Positions 35,410 to 46,100 of a stretch of 64,000 bases of DNA are shown here, in pieces; within the stretch, counting starts at the first letter, position 1; each line of letters starts with the position of its first letter. The stretch comes from Myxococcota bacterium (GTDB lineage: Bacteria; Myxococcota_A; SURF-8). The position numbers and the translations under genes are program-made. The notes under the pieces were generated by a model. That model searched no databases. It was not told the DNA's origin and saw nothing but the letters and a program-made list of their open reading frames with translations. The DNA is taken from NCBI GenBank assembly GCA_965140415.1, contig OZ223209.1, positions 1,376,001 through 1,440,000 on the forward strand, given 5' to 3'.

Positions 35410-36378
35410 TCACGGTGTGGCGTGGGGCGAGGCGGGGGCGAGTGTTTTCCCGACGAAGTCCTTTATCAGCGATACCAGCTTTTTCGGCGATTCGAGTTGC
35501 GGCATGTGGCCGACGCGATCCAAAACCACCATGCTTGAATTGGGGATGTTCTTTTGCAGTGACTCCCCGGCGGCAAGTGGAATCCAGTGGTCCTGTTTGC
35601 CCCACACAATCAGAGTCGGTGCGGAAATGCTAGTGATTCGTTTCCAGGGAACCGGCTCGCTTTTGATTTCGATGAGCTGCCGAATCATGAAGGATCTTGC
35701 ACCGGAGGTATTCAAGGGCAGGTAGCGTTCTTCCGCTTCCTGATCGGTAACGACGGAAGCCTGGTGTACCGCCGATTTCAAGGCGAGGCGATGAACGAAG
35801 CGTCCCAGCGCCTGGGCGGCCAGATCGTTGATGGCGTCGACGGAGAGCAGTTTGATCACCCAACCCGAACGGTTGATATCCATCGGCACTGCCGCATCGA
35901 TGGGAATCAGCGCGATTACACGCTTGGGGTAGGTCGCCGCAAATTGCAGCGAAGCGCCGCCACCCATCGAATTCCCAGCGATGACGGCCTGCTCGATACC
36001 CAGTTCATCGAGCGTGGCGGCCAGGACATCCGCCATTTCCGAAAAGGGGACGGCTTCTGCCGGTTTGGACGAATACCCGAAGCCCGGCCAGTCCAGGGCA
36101 ATTACTCGGTAATGTTCGGCGAGCGGGGGGATCACGTGGCGCCATGTAAAGCTGGAATCGCACCAGCCGTGCAGTAATACGATCGGTGTGCCCTTTCCTT
36201 GATCCAACACTCGCACGTGATGACCGTTGACGTTTAACGTTTTAGAGACAGAAACGGTGTCCACGAGCCATTGGCTGGTGGTCGGATCGGTTTCCGAGAT
36301 GCCGCGATCGTTCAGCCATAAGGCGATCAGCAGAAGCGGTAAGGCGAAAAAGAGGACTTTTTTCATGGCGGTTCCCAT
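35410..36378 (-). CDS. Membrane-anchored alpha/beta hydrolase
   Basis: N-terminal hydrophobic segment, LHGW, DWPGFGYS, GNSMGG, WGKQD, GHMPQLE. Confidence 0.92.
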   Translation of the reverse strand: MGTAMKKVLFFALPLLLIALWLNDRGISETDPTTSQWLVDTVSVSKTLNVNGHHVRVLDQGKGTPIVLLHGWCDSSFTWRHVIPPLAEHYRVIALDWPGFGYSSKPAEAVPFSEMADVLAATLDELGIEQAVIAGNSMGGGASLQFAATYPKRVIALIPIDAAVPMDINRSGWVIKLLSVDAINDLAAQALGRFVHRLALKSAVHQASVVTDQEAEERYLPLNTSGARSFMIRQLIEIKSEPVPWKRITSISAPTLIVWGKQDHWIPLAAGESLQKNIPNSSMVVLDRVGHMPQLESPKKLVSLIKDFVGKTLAPASPHATP

Positions 36379-36597
36379 CCGATTGATAGGTTGAATGGCT
36401 AAACTACGGAAACTCGGTCGAAAACAGCAGGATGACGATATAAAGGTTATGTTTAGTTATAGTGCGAAAGGGGACTGCTTTGTCAAAGAGTTTCTATCAA
36501 CAGGGAATTAATCCGAATTACTTGCGAAACTCGGCAGTTTACTTATACTGGTAAAACTGACCGCACCGCTTCGTTGTTTTGTTTGATTGGCGAGGAT

Positions 36598-38115
36598 ATG
36601 CAGAATTACCTAACCCCACTTCGGGTGGGAGTCGTGCTGATTATCGGCATTGCGGCTTTCATCTGGTATGTGTTCGAGACATCGGACAGCCCCATTACGC
36701 GCGGCGACGGCTACCGTGTGCAGGCGGTTTTCAACGATGCCATGGGGTTGGTGCGAAAATCCCGCGTGGTGATTGCGGGCATCTCGGTCGGAGAAATCGA
36801 GAACATCGAACTGGAAGGCGGACGGGCGCGGGTGCATTTGAAGATACATAAGAGCATCGTGCTGCACCAGGATGCTTCGATCCGAAAAATCCCCGAATCG
36901 ATTTTAGGCACCAGCCTGCTGGAACTTTCGGCGGGCAATCCCAACCTGCCACCGTTAAAGGATGGCGATGAAATCACGCGCATCGTAGCCAGCACCGGAA
37001 TGGACGATCTGATGGCGCGCATGGGCGATATTACCAATAACGTGCGTGATATCACCGATGTGGCGCGTGGCATGATGGAAGCCAAAGATCCCGATCAAGG
37101 CTCGGTGCGGGGCATGGTAGACGATCTTTCGCGCATTATTGCCGTACTGGCTGGGACAATCGAGCAGAACAACCAGAATATCACGCGCATCCTGCAAAAT
37201 TCGGAGCGCATCAGCGAGCAGGTCGTCGGCTTGACCTCCGAAAGCCGGGGTGAAGTGCGCGACATCCTGCGGGAAATCAGTTCGATCACCAAAACCGCGC
37301 GGGAATTGACCGATAACAATCGCGGTAAAGTGGATGAGACGATGCAGCGCTTGACCACAGTAATGGAAAAACTGGAAAACAACCTGGATCGCTTGCAGGA
37401 TACCTTGGGGCATACCGCCAGCATCGCCAAAAAAATCGACGAAGGCGAGGGCGCGGTAGGTACGCTGATCAACGACGAACAGGTGGCCGAGGACATTCGC
37501 ACCATTACCGGAAAAGCCAGCGATTACGTTCGCAAGCTGGATCAACTGAAAACGGCCTTCCACATTCAGAGCGATTTCTACCCGCGTGCGATGTCCTTCA
37601 AGACGGCTGCTTCATTACGCCTGATTCCGCGAAAAGACAAGTACTACATGATCGGCATCGTCGACGATCACAAGGGGCGCACGACTCGCAGCCAGACCAT
37701 CATCATGACCAGTAATTCGGAGGACGATGCCTTTATCCGCGAGGAGCGCATCAAAACCAGTTACGATATCAAATTCGATCTGCAATACGCCCAGCGTTTC
37801 AAATTCGCCACGCTACGTTTCGGTATCATCGAAAGCACCGGTGGGCTGGGACTAGACTTTCAGTTCTTCGACGACCGCCTGATTATCCGCAACGACGTGT
37901 ACGAGTTCACCTCCGGCGAAACCTATCCTCGCTGGAAAACCCAGCTGAACATCCGGCTTTGGAAAGGGATTTTCATTTCCGGCGGCGTGGATGATGTCAT
38001 CAACAACAACACGCGCGACTATTTCGTGGGAGCGGGAATTCTCTTTTACGACGAAGACCTCATCACGCTCTTCGCGTCCGGCGCAGGTGGTGCGGCGGGA
38101 GCAGTGGCGCGCTAG
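36598..38115 (+). CDS. mlaD: MlaD/MCE-family protein with long helical region and beta-rich C-terminus
   Basis: N-terminal TM; F.DA.GL...SRV.IAGI.VGEI MCE motif; G.GAVGTLIND. Confidence 0.9.
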   Translation: MQNYLTPLRVGVVLIIGIAAFIWYVFETSDSPITRGDGYRVQAVFNDAMGLVRKSRVVIAGISVGEIENIELEGGRARVHLKIHKSIVLHQDASIRKIPESILGTSLLELSAGNPNLPPLKDGDEITRIVASTGMDDLMARMGDITNNVRDITDVARGMMEAKDPDQGSVRGMVDDLSRIIAVLAGTIEQNNQNITRILQNSERISEQVVGLTSESRGEVRDILREISSITKTARELTDNNRGKVDETMQRLTTVMEKLENNLDRLQDTLGHTASIAKKIDEGEGAVGTLINDEQVAEDIRTITGKASDYVRKLDQLKTAFHIQSDFYPRAMSFKTAASLRLIPRKDKYYMIGIVDDHKGRTTRSQTIIMTSNSEDDAFIREERIKTSYDIKFDLQYAQRFKFATLRFGIIESTGGLGLDFQFFDDRLIIRNDVYEFTSGETYPRWKTQLNIRLWKGIFISGGVDDVINNNTRDYFVGAGILFYDEDLITLFASGAGGAAGAVAR

Positions 38116-38190
38116 GGTGGACTAGACGCTTCCCCGCCAACCTTTCCTAATATCGTAACCCGTGAAAAAGACACGAAAGAGATAGAGTTC

Positions 38191-38880
38191 ATGCGCGCCC
38201 ATTATCTGCAACATGTGCCTTTCGAAGGACTAGGCAGTATCGAGAATTGGTTGCGGCAGGCTGGGTATGACATAAGCTGCACTCGTTTCTACGAATCCGA
38301 ACCGTTACCTCCCGTTTCGGACGTGGATCTTCTAGTCGTCATGGGTGGTCCCATGAGTGTTCACGACGAAGACCGTTATCCCTGGCTCGTTTTAGAAAAG
38401 GCATTTATAAAAGCGTTTATCGACTCCGGCAAACCTGTGCTGGGAGTTTGCCTGGGAGCGCAGCTCATTGCGACCGTCGCGGGTGGTTCGGTAAAGACCA
38501 ATAAAGAAAAGGAAATCGGTTGGTTTCCCATTCGCTCAGTGGTTCGTTCCGAAGAAGATGACTTCGTTTTTCCGGAAAATGTGGAGGTTTTTCACTGGCA
38601 TGGTGAAACCTTCGATCTGCCGCCGGGAGCGAAACGACTGGCTGAAAGCGTGGCTTGTAAAAATCAGGCGTTCCAACTCGGATCGTCCGTGATTGGTCTG
38701 CAATTTCACTTGGAAAGCACGCCGAATTCGGTGAAGCAGCTAGTATCCAATTGCCGGGACGAATTGGTCTTCGCTCCCTTCGTTCAAAGCGAGGAAGAGA
38801 TTCTATCAAAGGCAAAGGCGGATTATGCTGCCATCAATCGATTGATGGGAGATGTCCTTTCGTTTCTGTTGCGGGGGTAG
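38191..38880 (+). CDS. Class I glutamine amidotransferase (GuaA-N-like)
   Basis: QHVPFEGLG, MGGPMS, GVCLGAQL, WHGETF, QFHLE. Confidence 0.92.
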   Translation: MRAHYLQHVPFEGLGSIENWLRQAGYDISCTRFYESEPLPPVSDVDLLVVMGGPMSVHDEDRYPWLVLEKAFIKAFIDSGKPVLGVCLGAQLIATVAGGSVKTNKEKEIGWFPIRSVVRSEEDDFVFPENVEVFHWHGETFDLPPGAKRLAESVACKNQAFQLGSSVIGLQFHLESTPNSVKQLVSNCRDELVFAPFVQSEEEILSKAKADYAAINRLMGDVLSFLLRG

Positions 38881-39033
38881 CTCTTAACGAGGGATGCATC
38901 TCCGTTATATCGTGATTCCCACACGTAGCCTTATTTTTCGTACACACTATAGTTGGACAAAATTCCCGTTCTTGAGTAGGATAGGCGCACGTTTTTCTCG
39001 ATCGATTCCAACAACGATACACAAGCAGATTGT

Positions 39034-40548
39034 ATGACCAAACGAACCCGCTCGACATCGGCAGACGGCCAAGCCTATATTCTGCCTTTAACTCCCGCTC
39101 ATTTAGTGGGATTGGGGGCGTTTCAACTGGCGATCCCTCTGGCGTTCTGGCAGCCTTGGCTGGCGGCGATTCCACTGGCGATCTTCGTGCTGCTTTGCCT
39201 GATTGCGCCTTTCTGCTGGCGCATCCCCTTTTTCCTGCCCGTGATTTTTCACGGTCCCCGAGATCGTCGCCGAGTGGCGCTGACGTTTGATGACGGTCCC
39301 GACCCGGCAACGACGATTCGCTTATTGGAGTTGCTGCGCGAGCAGAAGATCCGTGCCTGCTTCTTTTTAGTCGGCGAGCGTATCAAGGAAAATCCGCAAC
39401 TGGTGCGAGCCATTCTGGCGGACGGGCACGAGATCGGCAATCACAGCCAGCGGCACGATCCGTTGTTGATGCTGAGGAAAACGGCTACCCTGAGGCAGGA
39501 TATCGACGCCTGCCAGGCAGAGTTACAGGCTTTGGGTGTTCGGGCGCTTGCGTTTCGACCCCCTATCGGCATCGTAAACCCGCGCCTCTGGCGTCTGTTG
39601 TTGCAACGCGGGCTCTTCTGTGTGAACTTCAGCCGCCGCGCACTGGATTTCGGCAATCGCCGCATGGCAGGGTGTGCAAGGAAGATCATCAAAGGGGTGC
39701 GCTCGGGCGATATCATTATGATGCATGACCGCCTGCCAAGTAGAGAGCAGGATATCGAGGCATGGTTGCTGGAGGTGTCTACCGTGATTCATGGCGTTCA
39801 GGCGCGAGGACTGCGATTTGAGCCGTTGTCTGCCGTGATCGGTCGTCCTGTATGTATGCCGGAACGTGAAAACGCGAGGGTGGGTGCGGTGACCGGTTTT
39901 TACGATGCCCTGGCCAAGCAATACGATACCGAGCAGCGCCGCGCCTCGCATGCGCTGATGCGCCGCCTGGAGCGCCGACAGGTTGAACGAAACCTGTATC
40001 CGAGCCTGGATTCATCCGATTGTGTGCTGGAAATTGGTGCTGGGACGGGACGGTTTTCCATTCCGCTGGCTCAGCAGACTTCGCAGGTGACAGCCCTGGA
40101 TATTTCGTCGTTGATGTTGGCGCGGTTGAAGGAGAAAGCCGAAGCGGAGAATCTTTCAAATCTGCAACTGGTTGAAGGGGATTATACAAGCATTAGAGAA
40201 CAAGAGCGCTATAACTGTGTTTGCAGCTTTTCCGCATTGGAATATATTCCGGATTTGGAACCGTTCTTTAAACAAGCCTGTTCCTGTTTGCAACCAGGGG
40301 GCATCTTGTATTTCACGACCGCTCATCGAAGCTTTTTCCGATTCTGGACGCAGGTTGGGAATGCATTGCGACAGGGGATCTGGTTGTGCGCGCGCAGCAA
40401 ACGCAAGCTGAAACGACAACTGAAAGCTGCCGGATTCGAAGTTGAAATCATGCAGGATCTCGGTTTGAAGTCGCTTTTCAGCAGCGGAATGCTTGTGGAA
40501 GTACGGGCAAGAAAGCCGGAAGAGAAGAACGAGGCACATCGGTTATAA
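39034..40548 (+). CDS. Polysaccharide deacetylase (NodB/CE4) fused to class I SAM methyltransferase
   Basis: Two N-terminal TM segments; TFDDGP, HEIGNHSQRH, FRPP, MHD; then VLEIGAGTG, ALDIS..ML, LQPGG. Confidence 0.88.
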   Translation: MTKRTRSTSADGQAYILPLTPAHLVGLGAFQLAIPLAFWQPWLAAIPLAIFVLLCLIAPFCWRIPFFLPVIFHGPRDRRRVALTFDDGPDPATTIRLLELLREQKIRACFFLVGERIKENPQLVRAILADGHEIGNHSQRHDPLLMLRKTATLRQDIDACQAELQALGVRALAFRPPIGIVNPRLWRLLLQRGLFCVNFSRRALDFGNRRMAGCARKIIKGVRSGDIIMMHDRLPSREQDIEAWLLEVSTVIHGVQARGLRFEPLSAVIGRPVCMPERENARVGAVTGFYDALAKQYDTEQRRASHALMRRLERRQVERNLYPSLDSSDCVLEIGAGTGRFSIPLAQQTSQVTALDISSLMLARLKEKAEAENLSNLQLVEGDYTSIREQERYNCVCSFSALEYIPDLEPFFKQACSCLQPGGILYFTTAHRSFFRFWTQVGNALRQGIWLCARSKRKLKRQLKAAGFEVEIMQDLGLKSLFSSGMLVEVRARKPEEKNEAHRL

Positions 40549-40578
40549 CTTTCCAGAATCATACTGAACCGCTTTTGT

Positions 40579-40608
40579 TTGACAGCATTCGTTGTTTAAT
40601 CGTATCAT
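40579..40608 (+). promoter_or_regulatory. Sigma70-like promoter
   Basis: TTGACA, 18 bp, TATCAT upstream of 40659. Confidence 0.5.
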
Positions 40609-40658
40609 AAAAGCAATCGCCTATCTGGACTCGGGACCATTCCATTCATGGGGAACGT

Positions 40659-43082
40659 ATGATGAAAATCAAGATAACCGTGGTTTTCTTGTTTGCGCTT
40701 TGTTGCACTGCAATCATCGGTTGTAACGGAGAGGATGAAGACATCATTTTCGATGGCGACACAACCGAGTCCGAAGAAACGCTGCCGGATGGTGACATGG
40801 AAAATATGGATGGCGATTTCGATTCCGATATCGAGTTCGAGCAGGACGGCGATTTGGATATGGATTTGTATGATTCCTACGATGCGGTGGATACTACGGA
40901 GTTCGTCGATGACGATGTGATCGACCGCATCGAAAATTGTGGAGATTCGGATCCGGAGCCGGATATATTGCCTACAGCCTGTGTGGGTCTGGCGGATTGG
41001 AGTGCTTGCGATGATGAAAACTCTGATACGATTCGCGATGTCTGCCTGGAGGAAATCTGTACCGGCGTAGAAAGTTCGCTTGGGGGTTTGTGTAGTTCAG
41101 CCTCGGATTGCAAAGGCGAAAGTTACTGCGCCATCCGGAGCGGGGACACTTCCGGGCGCTGTCGTGCACGAGTGCAGCTTTTGGCTCCTGCTTCTACAGC
41201 TATTGCACTCGATCCTACGGGAACCGTTGTGGCGACTGATGTCGGCGGCTTGATTTACATCTACCATGTGGCAGACGGAAGAGTCGTACGGATTCTGGAG
41301 TGCAACGGCTCAATCGATAGCTTGGCGTTTACCCCGGACGGTCGAAGTTTATTGAGCGGACATTTGGACGACCGGGCGGTGTTGTGGAATCTGGGCGACG
41401 AAAGCGCCACGTTTGAAATTTCGCTTACGTCTTCTGTAGAGGATGTGGCCGTTTCGCCTGGCGGCACCCGACTTGCTATTGCGCATCAACAGGGAGTTGG
41501 CGTTTACGACGCTTCCACCGGCGGATCTCTTGTGAACTTGTATCCCACACGATCGTATGCCTTGCCATCGGCAAAACTGCGTTTCGGTTCGAACGACGAT
41601 CTGCTTTTCGTAGTCGGTTACGATAGTGTCAATGGGAAAGTCGACCGCTGGGATCTCAGTCAACCGCTGGTTCCCCGCAGGTACAGTTCATATGGTTTGG
41701 AAGTATTCGACCTGTGGCCCATCGGTGATAGCTATCTTTTACTTGCCGGTGTGCAGCCTTCCTTCCCTTTGGATGGCGATATCGACGGCGTTCCCTCCGT
41801 AACCGAAGACAAGGGGGAATTTATAATTCTCGATTTGGATAGCGGTGATATGGTCGGTCCCACTCATGAACTTCCTGGTACCGTAAGCGCCATTCGCGCA
41901 ACCGCAGACGGCAGCCGGGTTTTCGTTTCCGTTTCCAACGATTTGGATGAGAATCCTGCTGTACAGGACGCCACCGGTTGGCTTTATAGCTATACGCTCT
42001 CTGCTAATCCCGTTCAACTTGCTGAATCCTGGAGTGTGGCGAGTAAACGAGAATTTTTCGATGATCTAGTGTTATCGCCGGACGATCAATGGTTGGTTTC
42101 CACCGGTAGAAATGGCTTGTTACAGCAGTTTAGTGCGGCAGATGGCAGCGCCATGAAAGATATCAATGCCTATTTCATCCCGAACGGCTTACGCAGCAGG
42201 GGAAATTTTGTGGCAGCGGCTGGTCATCAGGGAAACTGGCAGGATATTGGAGCCTATGGGGTATGGTGGCTCGATACGCTTTCTTCGGCCTACCAGCATC
42301 GCTTTAGCTATTATGAAAGCAGAAACCTGCGCAGTGTAGCCATCAGTAGCGACTGTAGTAAAATGGCCATCAGTTCGGCAATAGGAGATGTGTACGAGAT
42401 GCACCTCCCGGATGGTCCCGGTCCCTATGCAAGCTATTTCCACAATGGACCGTTTGTGCTGCGCTTTGCACCGGATCGCTATCTGCTTGCCAGTGCCGGA
42501 CAGGACGAGCGTATTCTGTTCTCTCCCTTTGCCGCTCCCGGGCAGCCGCGCGTGGTACGTCCACACTCGGTGCCGATCATGACGATTGACATTACGGACA
42601 ATCTCCGTTTCGCAAGCGGAGCCTACGGGTCGAGTCGTGACACGACGGCTGAGATATTCGTTTGGGATCTGCCGGAAGAAGGCGACCCGATAATTGTACA
42701 GGATCTTTCAGACGGTTACGCAAGGGTCAATCAGGTGCTGTTCTCCAAAGATGGAGCCTATCTGGCGGCGGGTGGCTATTCCACTTCGATGCAGCCCCAG
42801 GTTTCCGTATGGCGCACAAGCGATTGGCAGCGGCTGGGGCTTTTGGAGGACAACGTTGTCGCTTTCACACCCGACGGCGAACATGTGATCACCTCCCGGC
42901 TTTCGGCTTCCGAAACGATTCGAATCTATTCCCTGCCGGGGTTGGACCTAGTGCGGGAAATAGAGGGTGAATTCGCTTCTGCCTTGGAAGTAAGCGATGA
43001 TGGTCGCTGGCTGATCGGTCTTGCCTACGGCAGAATGCTTCGTCTTTGGGACATCGAAGATCTACAAAGTGGTCCGAACTGA
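40659..43082 (+). CDS. Lipoprotein with DGD-rich linker, Cys-rich segment and WD40/beta-propeller domains
   Basis: Lipobox IIGC; repeated AFTPDG, VSPGG, FSKDG, LWD motifs. Confidence 0.85.
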   Translation: MMKIKITVVFLFALCCTAIIGCNGEDEDIIFDGDTTESEETLPDGDMENMDGDFDSDIEFEQDGDLDMDLYDSYDAVDTTEFVDDDVIDRIENCGDSDPEPDILPTACVGLADWSACDDENSDTIRDVCLEEICTGVESSLGGLCSSASDCKGESYCAIRSGDTSGRCRARVQLLAPASTAIALDPTGTVVATDVGGLIYIYHVADGRVVRILECNGSIDSLAFTPDGRSLLSGHLDDRAVLWNLGDESATFEISLTSSVEDVAVSPGGTRLAIAHQQGVGVYDASTGGSLVNLYPTRSYALPSAKLRFGSNDDLLFVVGYDSVNGKVDRWDLSQPLVPRRYSSYGLEVFDLWPIGDSYLLLAGVQPSFPLDGDIDGVPSVTEDKGEFIILDLDSGDMVGPTHELPGTVSAIRATADGSRVFVSVSNDLDENPAVQDATGWLYSYTLSANPVQLAESWSVASKREFFDDLVLSPDDQWLVSTGRNGLLQQFSAADGSAMKDINAYFIPNGLRSRGNFVAAAGHQGNWQDIGAYGVWWLDTLSSAYQHRFSYYESRNLRSVAISSDCSKMAISSAIGDVYEMHLPDGPGPYASYFHNGPFVLRFAPDRYLLASAGQDERILFSPFAAPGQPRVVRPHSVPIMTIDITDNLRFASGAYGSSRDTTAEIFVWDLPEEGDPIIVQDLSDGYARVNQVLFSKDGAYLAAGGYSTSMQPQVSVWRTSDWQRLGLLEDNVVAFTPDGEHVITSRLSASETIRIYSLPGLDLVREIEGEFASALEVSDDGRWLIGLAYGRMLRLWDIEDLQSGPN

Positions 43083-43117
43083 GCGAGGTGATTTACAAGA
43101 TTGTTTTTAACCTCTGA

Positions 43118-43143
43118 TCGAGCGGGATTGCAATCCCGCTCGA
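43118..43143. terminator. Perfect 26-bp palindrome between convergent genes
   Basis: tcgagcgggattgcaatcccgctcga equals its own reverse complement. Confidence 0.6.
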
Positions 43144-43153
43144 ATGGAGAGAC

Positions 43154-46100
43154 CTAGCCAATTCGTTGCCTTCGTCTTACGCGGAGGATGAGAACCAGCG
43201 TGAGTAAGAGCCATGCAGGGTTGGAACTTGTCGTAGTATGACAGCCGCCAGCACTGCCGTCGGTGTCTTCCTGATCGCCCTCGATGGCGGTGTCCGCAGC
43301 GTTTTCCGCATCGCCGTCAATGATGAATTCGAAATCCGAATCCGACTCATTTGATTCGATGTTTTCGACGAGATCATAATCACCCGCTGTGTCGATAGGG
43401 TCGAAATCCTTATCCGCTTTCTCGAAAGTGTCCTGATCAGCATCGCCATCCGTGTTGTCCGAATCGGCAACTTCAAAAGCATCCTGATCCCCATCCAGAG
43501 TTTCCCACTCGATCCAGTCGGTGTCCAGATCGCCATTCGGGGAATCGATTTCTGCTGTTTCTGTGTCACCGTCTGCAAAATCTCCGTCAAGATCGTCGGT
43601 ATCCCATTCGTATTCGAGCCGGTCTGCGTCTTCCCATTCCAGCTCGAAGTCTGCGTTTTCAATATCCAGATCGCCCTCAAGGAAATCGGTGTCGCCGGAC
43701 TCTCCCTCGATCCAGTCGCCATCGCTGCTGTGGTATTCATCGATTAATAGCGTATAGCCGGATGTGGTGGCGCGTTGTCCGCCTAAGTTTAACACCTGTA
43801 GTCTTTCCGCGTATGAGGCCATTTCGAAAATGGCGTGCTCCGTTTCACCGGAAGATGCATCATTCAGCCAGCCGAAACAGGTATCATCGGATGCATTACA
43901 GCTTTCCCAAATGACGAGCGCCAGATCCTGACCGGTATGCGGGGTAAGCGTGATTTCGTATTGATTGCCTGCTTGCAAAGGAAGATCGAAAAAGGCGTCC
44001 GCTCCGCTCTGGTCTTCTCCGGCGCAGGAAGCCGGTGCCGTCAGGTAGGCATGGAAACCGGAAAGATCTCCTTCAAATGGAATGCCGAGCGTCAGTGCAT
44101 GAGCCGTTTCACAGGTGTCCTGTTCGCCGAGTGTTTCGCATGCGCCATTGAAGCAGGCTCCCTCATCACACAGGTGCCAATCGGGATAGGCAGCATAGAG
44201 GCATTCCCCGCTCTGCGGTTCACATACACCTGCCTGGTGACAGTCTTCCGCTTGCGGGCAGGTTACAGCAGGTTCGCTCTGTTCGCAGGCGCCAGCCAGG
44301 CAAGAATAGATGCCATTGCACAAGTTGCCATCGTCGCAGCTTGTATTGTTGGGCAAGTGGTTACTCTGGCAAACTCCGAGTTCATCACAGGTATCTTGTG
44401 CGGAACAATCGCTGGGACCGTCCCCACAATCATTTCCAATGTGCGAGGTCGGATCCTTCACACAGCTATATTCATCTTCACCGTCGGATTGGCAGATGCC
44501 GGTGTTGCAATCATCGTTTTCTGCGGAGCAATCGGGTGCATCACCAGCAACACAACTTCCCGACTGGCAACTGTCGTTGACGGTGCAGCCGTTGCTGTCG
44601 GCGTTGCAGCTTGCGCCTTCGTGCGTTGTCGGATCTTTCACGCAGCTATACTCGTTTTCGCCATCGGATTGGCAGATGCCTGTGTTGCAATCGTCGTTTT
44701 CTGCGGAGCAATCGGGTGCATCTCCCGCGATGCAGCTTCCCGACTGGCAACTGTCGTTGACGGTGCAGCCGTTGCTGTCGGCGTTGCAGCTTGCGCCTTC
44801 GTGCGCTGTCGGATCCTTCACACAGCTATATTCATCTTCACCGTCGGATTGGCAGATGCCGGTGTTGCAATCGTCGTTTTTAGCCGAGCAGTCGGGAAGA
44901 TCACCAGCGACACAATTTCCAGACTGGCAACTGTCGTTGACGGTGCAGCCGTTGCTGTCGGCGTTGCAGCTTGCGCCTTCATGCGGAGTGGGATCCTTCA
45001 CGCAGCTATATTCATCTTCACCGTCGGATTGGCAGATGCCGGTGTTGCAATCGTCGTTTTCTGCGGAGCAATCGGGTGCATCGCCCGCGACACAATTTCC
45101 CGACTGGCAACTGTCTCCGACGGTGCAGCCGTTGCTGTCGGCGTTGCAGCTTGCGCCTTCATGCGGAGTGGGATCTTTTTCACAGGTGTAATCGTTTTCT
45201 CCATCGGACTGGCAGACGCCGGTGTTGCAGGCATCGTTTTTAGCCGAGCAGTCGGGAAGATCACCAGCGACACAATTTCCAGACTGGCAACTGTCGTTGA
45301 CGGTGCAGCCGTTGCTGTCGGCGTTACAGCTTGCGCCTTCATGCGGAGTGGGATCGGCAAGGCAGGTTGAGCTGCCATCGCCGTTGTCGTGGCAATAGCC
45401 AGAATTGCATACATCGTTCAGATGGCTGCAATCCACGTTATAGCAGGGATCGGGAACGCAGTTCGGATATCCCTTGTAACCGGTGGCGCACAGGGTGCAA
45501 TCCGTTCCATCATAGCCTTCAATGCAGGTGCAGGCGGAAGGTGCGAGATCCAGAATCAGCATTCCACTTTGATAGGCTGTCAGATAGGCCTTGCGATTTG
45601 CAACGAAGCTTTCGCGATTAAAATCCGGTGTGTCGTACTCGCTTATAAGCGTGGGTAAAGCAGGATCGGAAACGTCGTAAATCTGAAGACCGTTATCTCC
45701 AAGCGACAAATATGCGCGATTGCTTTCTACGAAAATACTTATTGAACCGCTTTCAATATCGAGATGACTCAACGATACCGGCGCCAAGGGATCCTGTACG
45801 TTGAGAATGTCCATGCCTTCGCTGCTGGCCATATAAGCCAGCGAGCCCACGACTTGAACGTCGCGTGCATAGCCGTCTAAATATTTCCTGTTGAGTGAGC
45901 CTGGATCCGCCGGATTCGATACATCCACCATATGAAGATCGCCTGTCGAGTCGGCAATATAAGCGATTCCACCGTGAACCTCGATAGCATTTCCCCAGCA
46001 ACCCAAATCCGGGCGATAAAGGCTGCCTACTCTTACCGGCATGGAAGGATCTGAAACATTGAAGATCAGCAGAGCCGTGACCGAGCCGAACGTGATATGC

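Noticed and set aside
43835-45370. Long plus-strand ORFs (511 aa, 293 aa)
   Set aside because: Antisense shadows of the 180-bp repeats within the 2025-aa gene.
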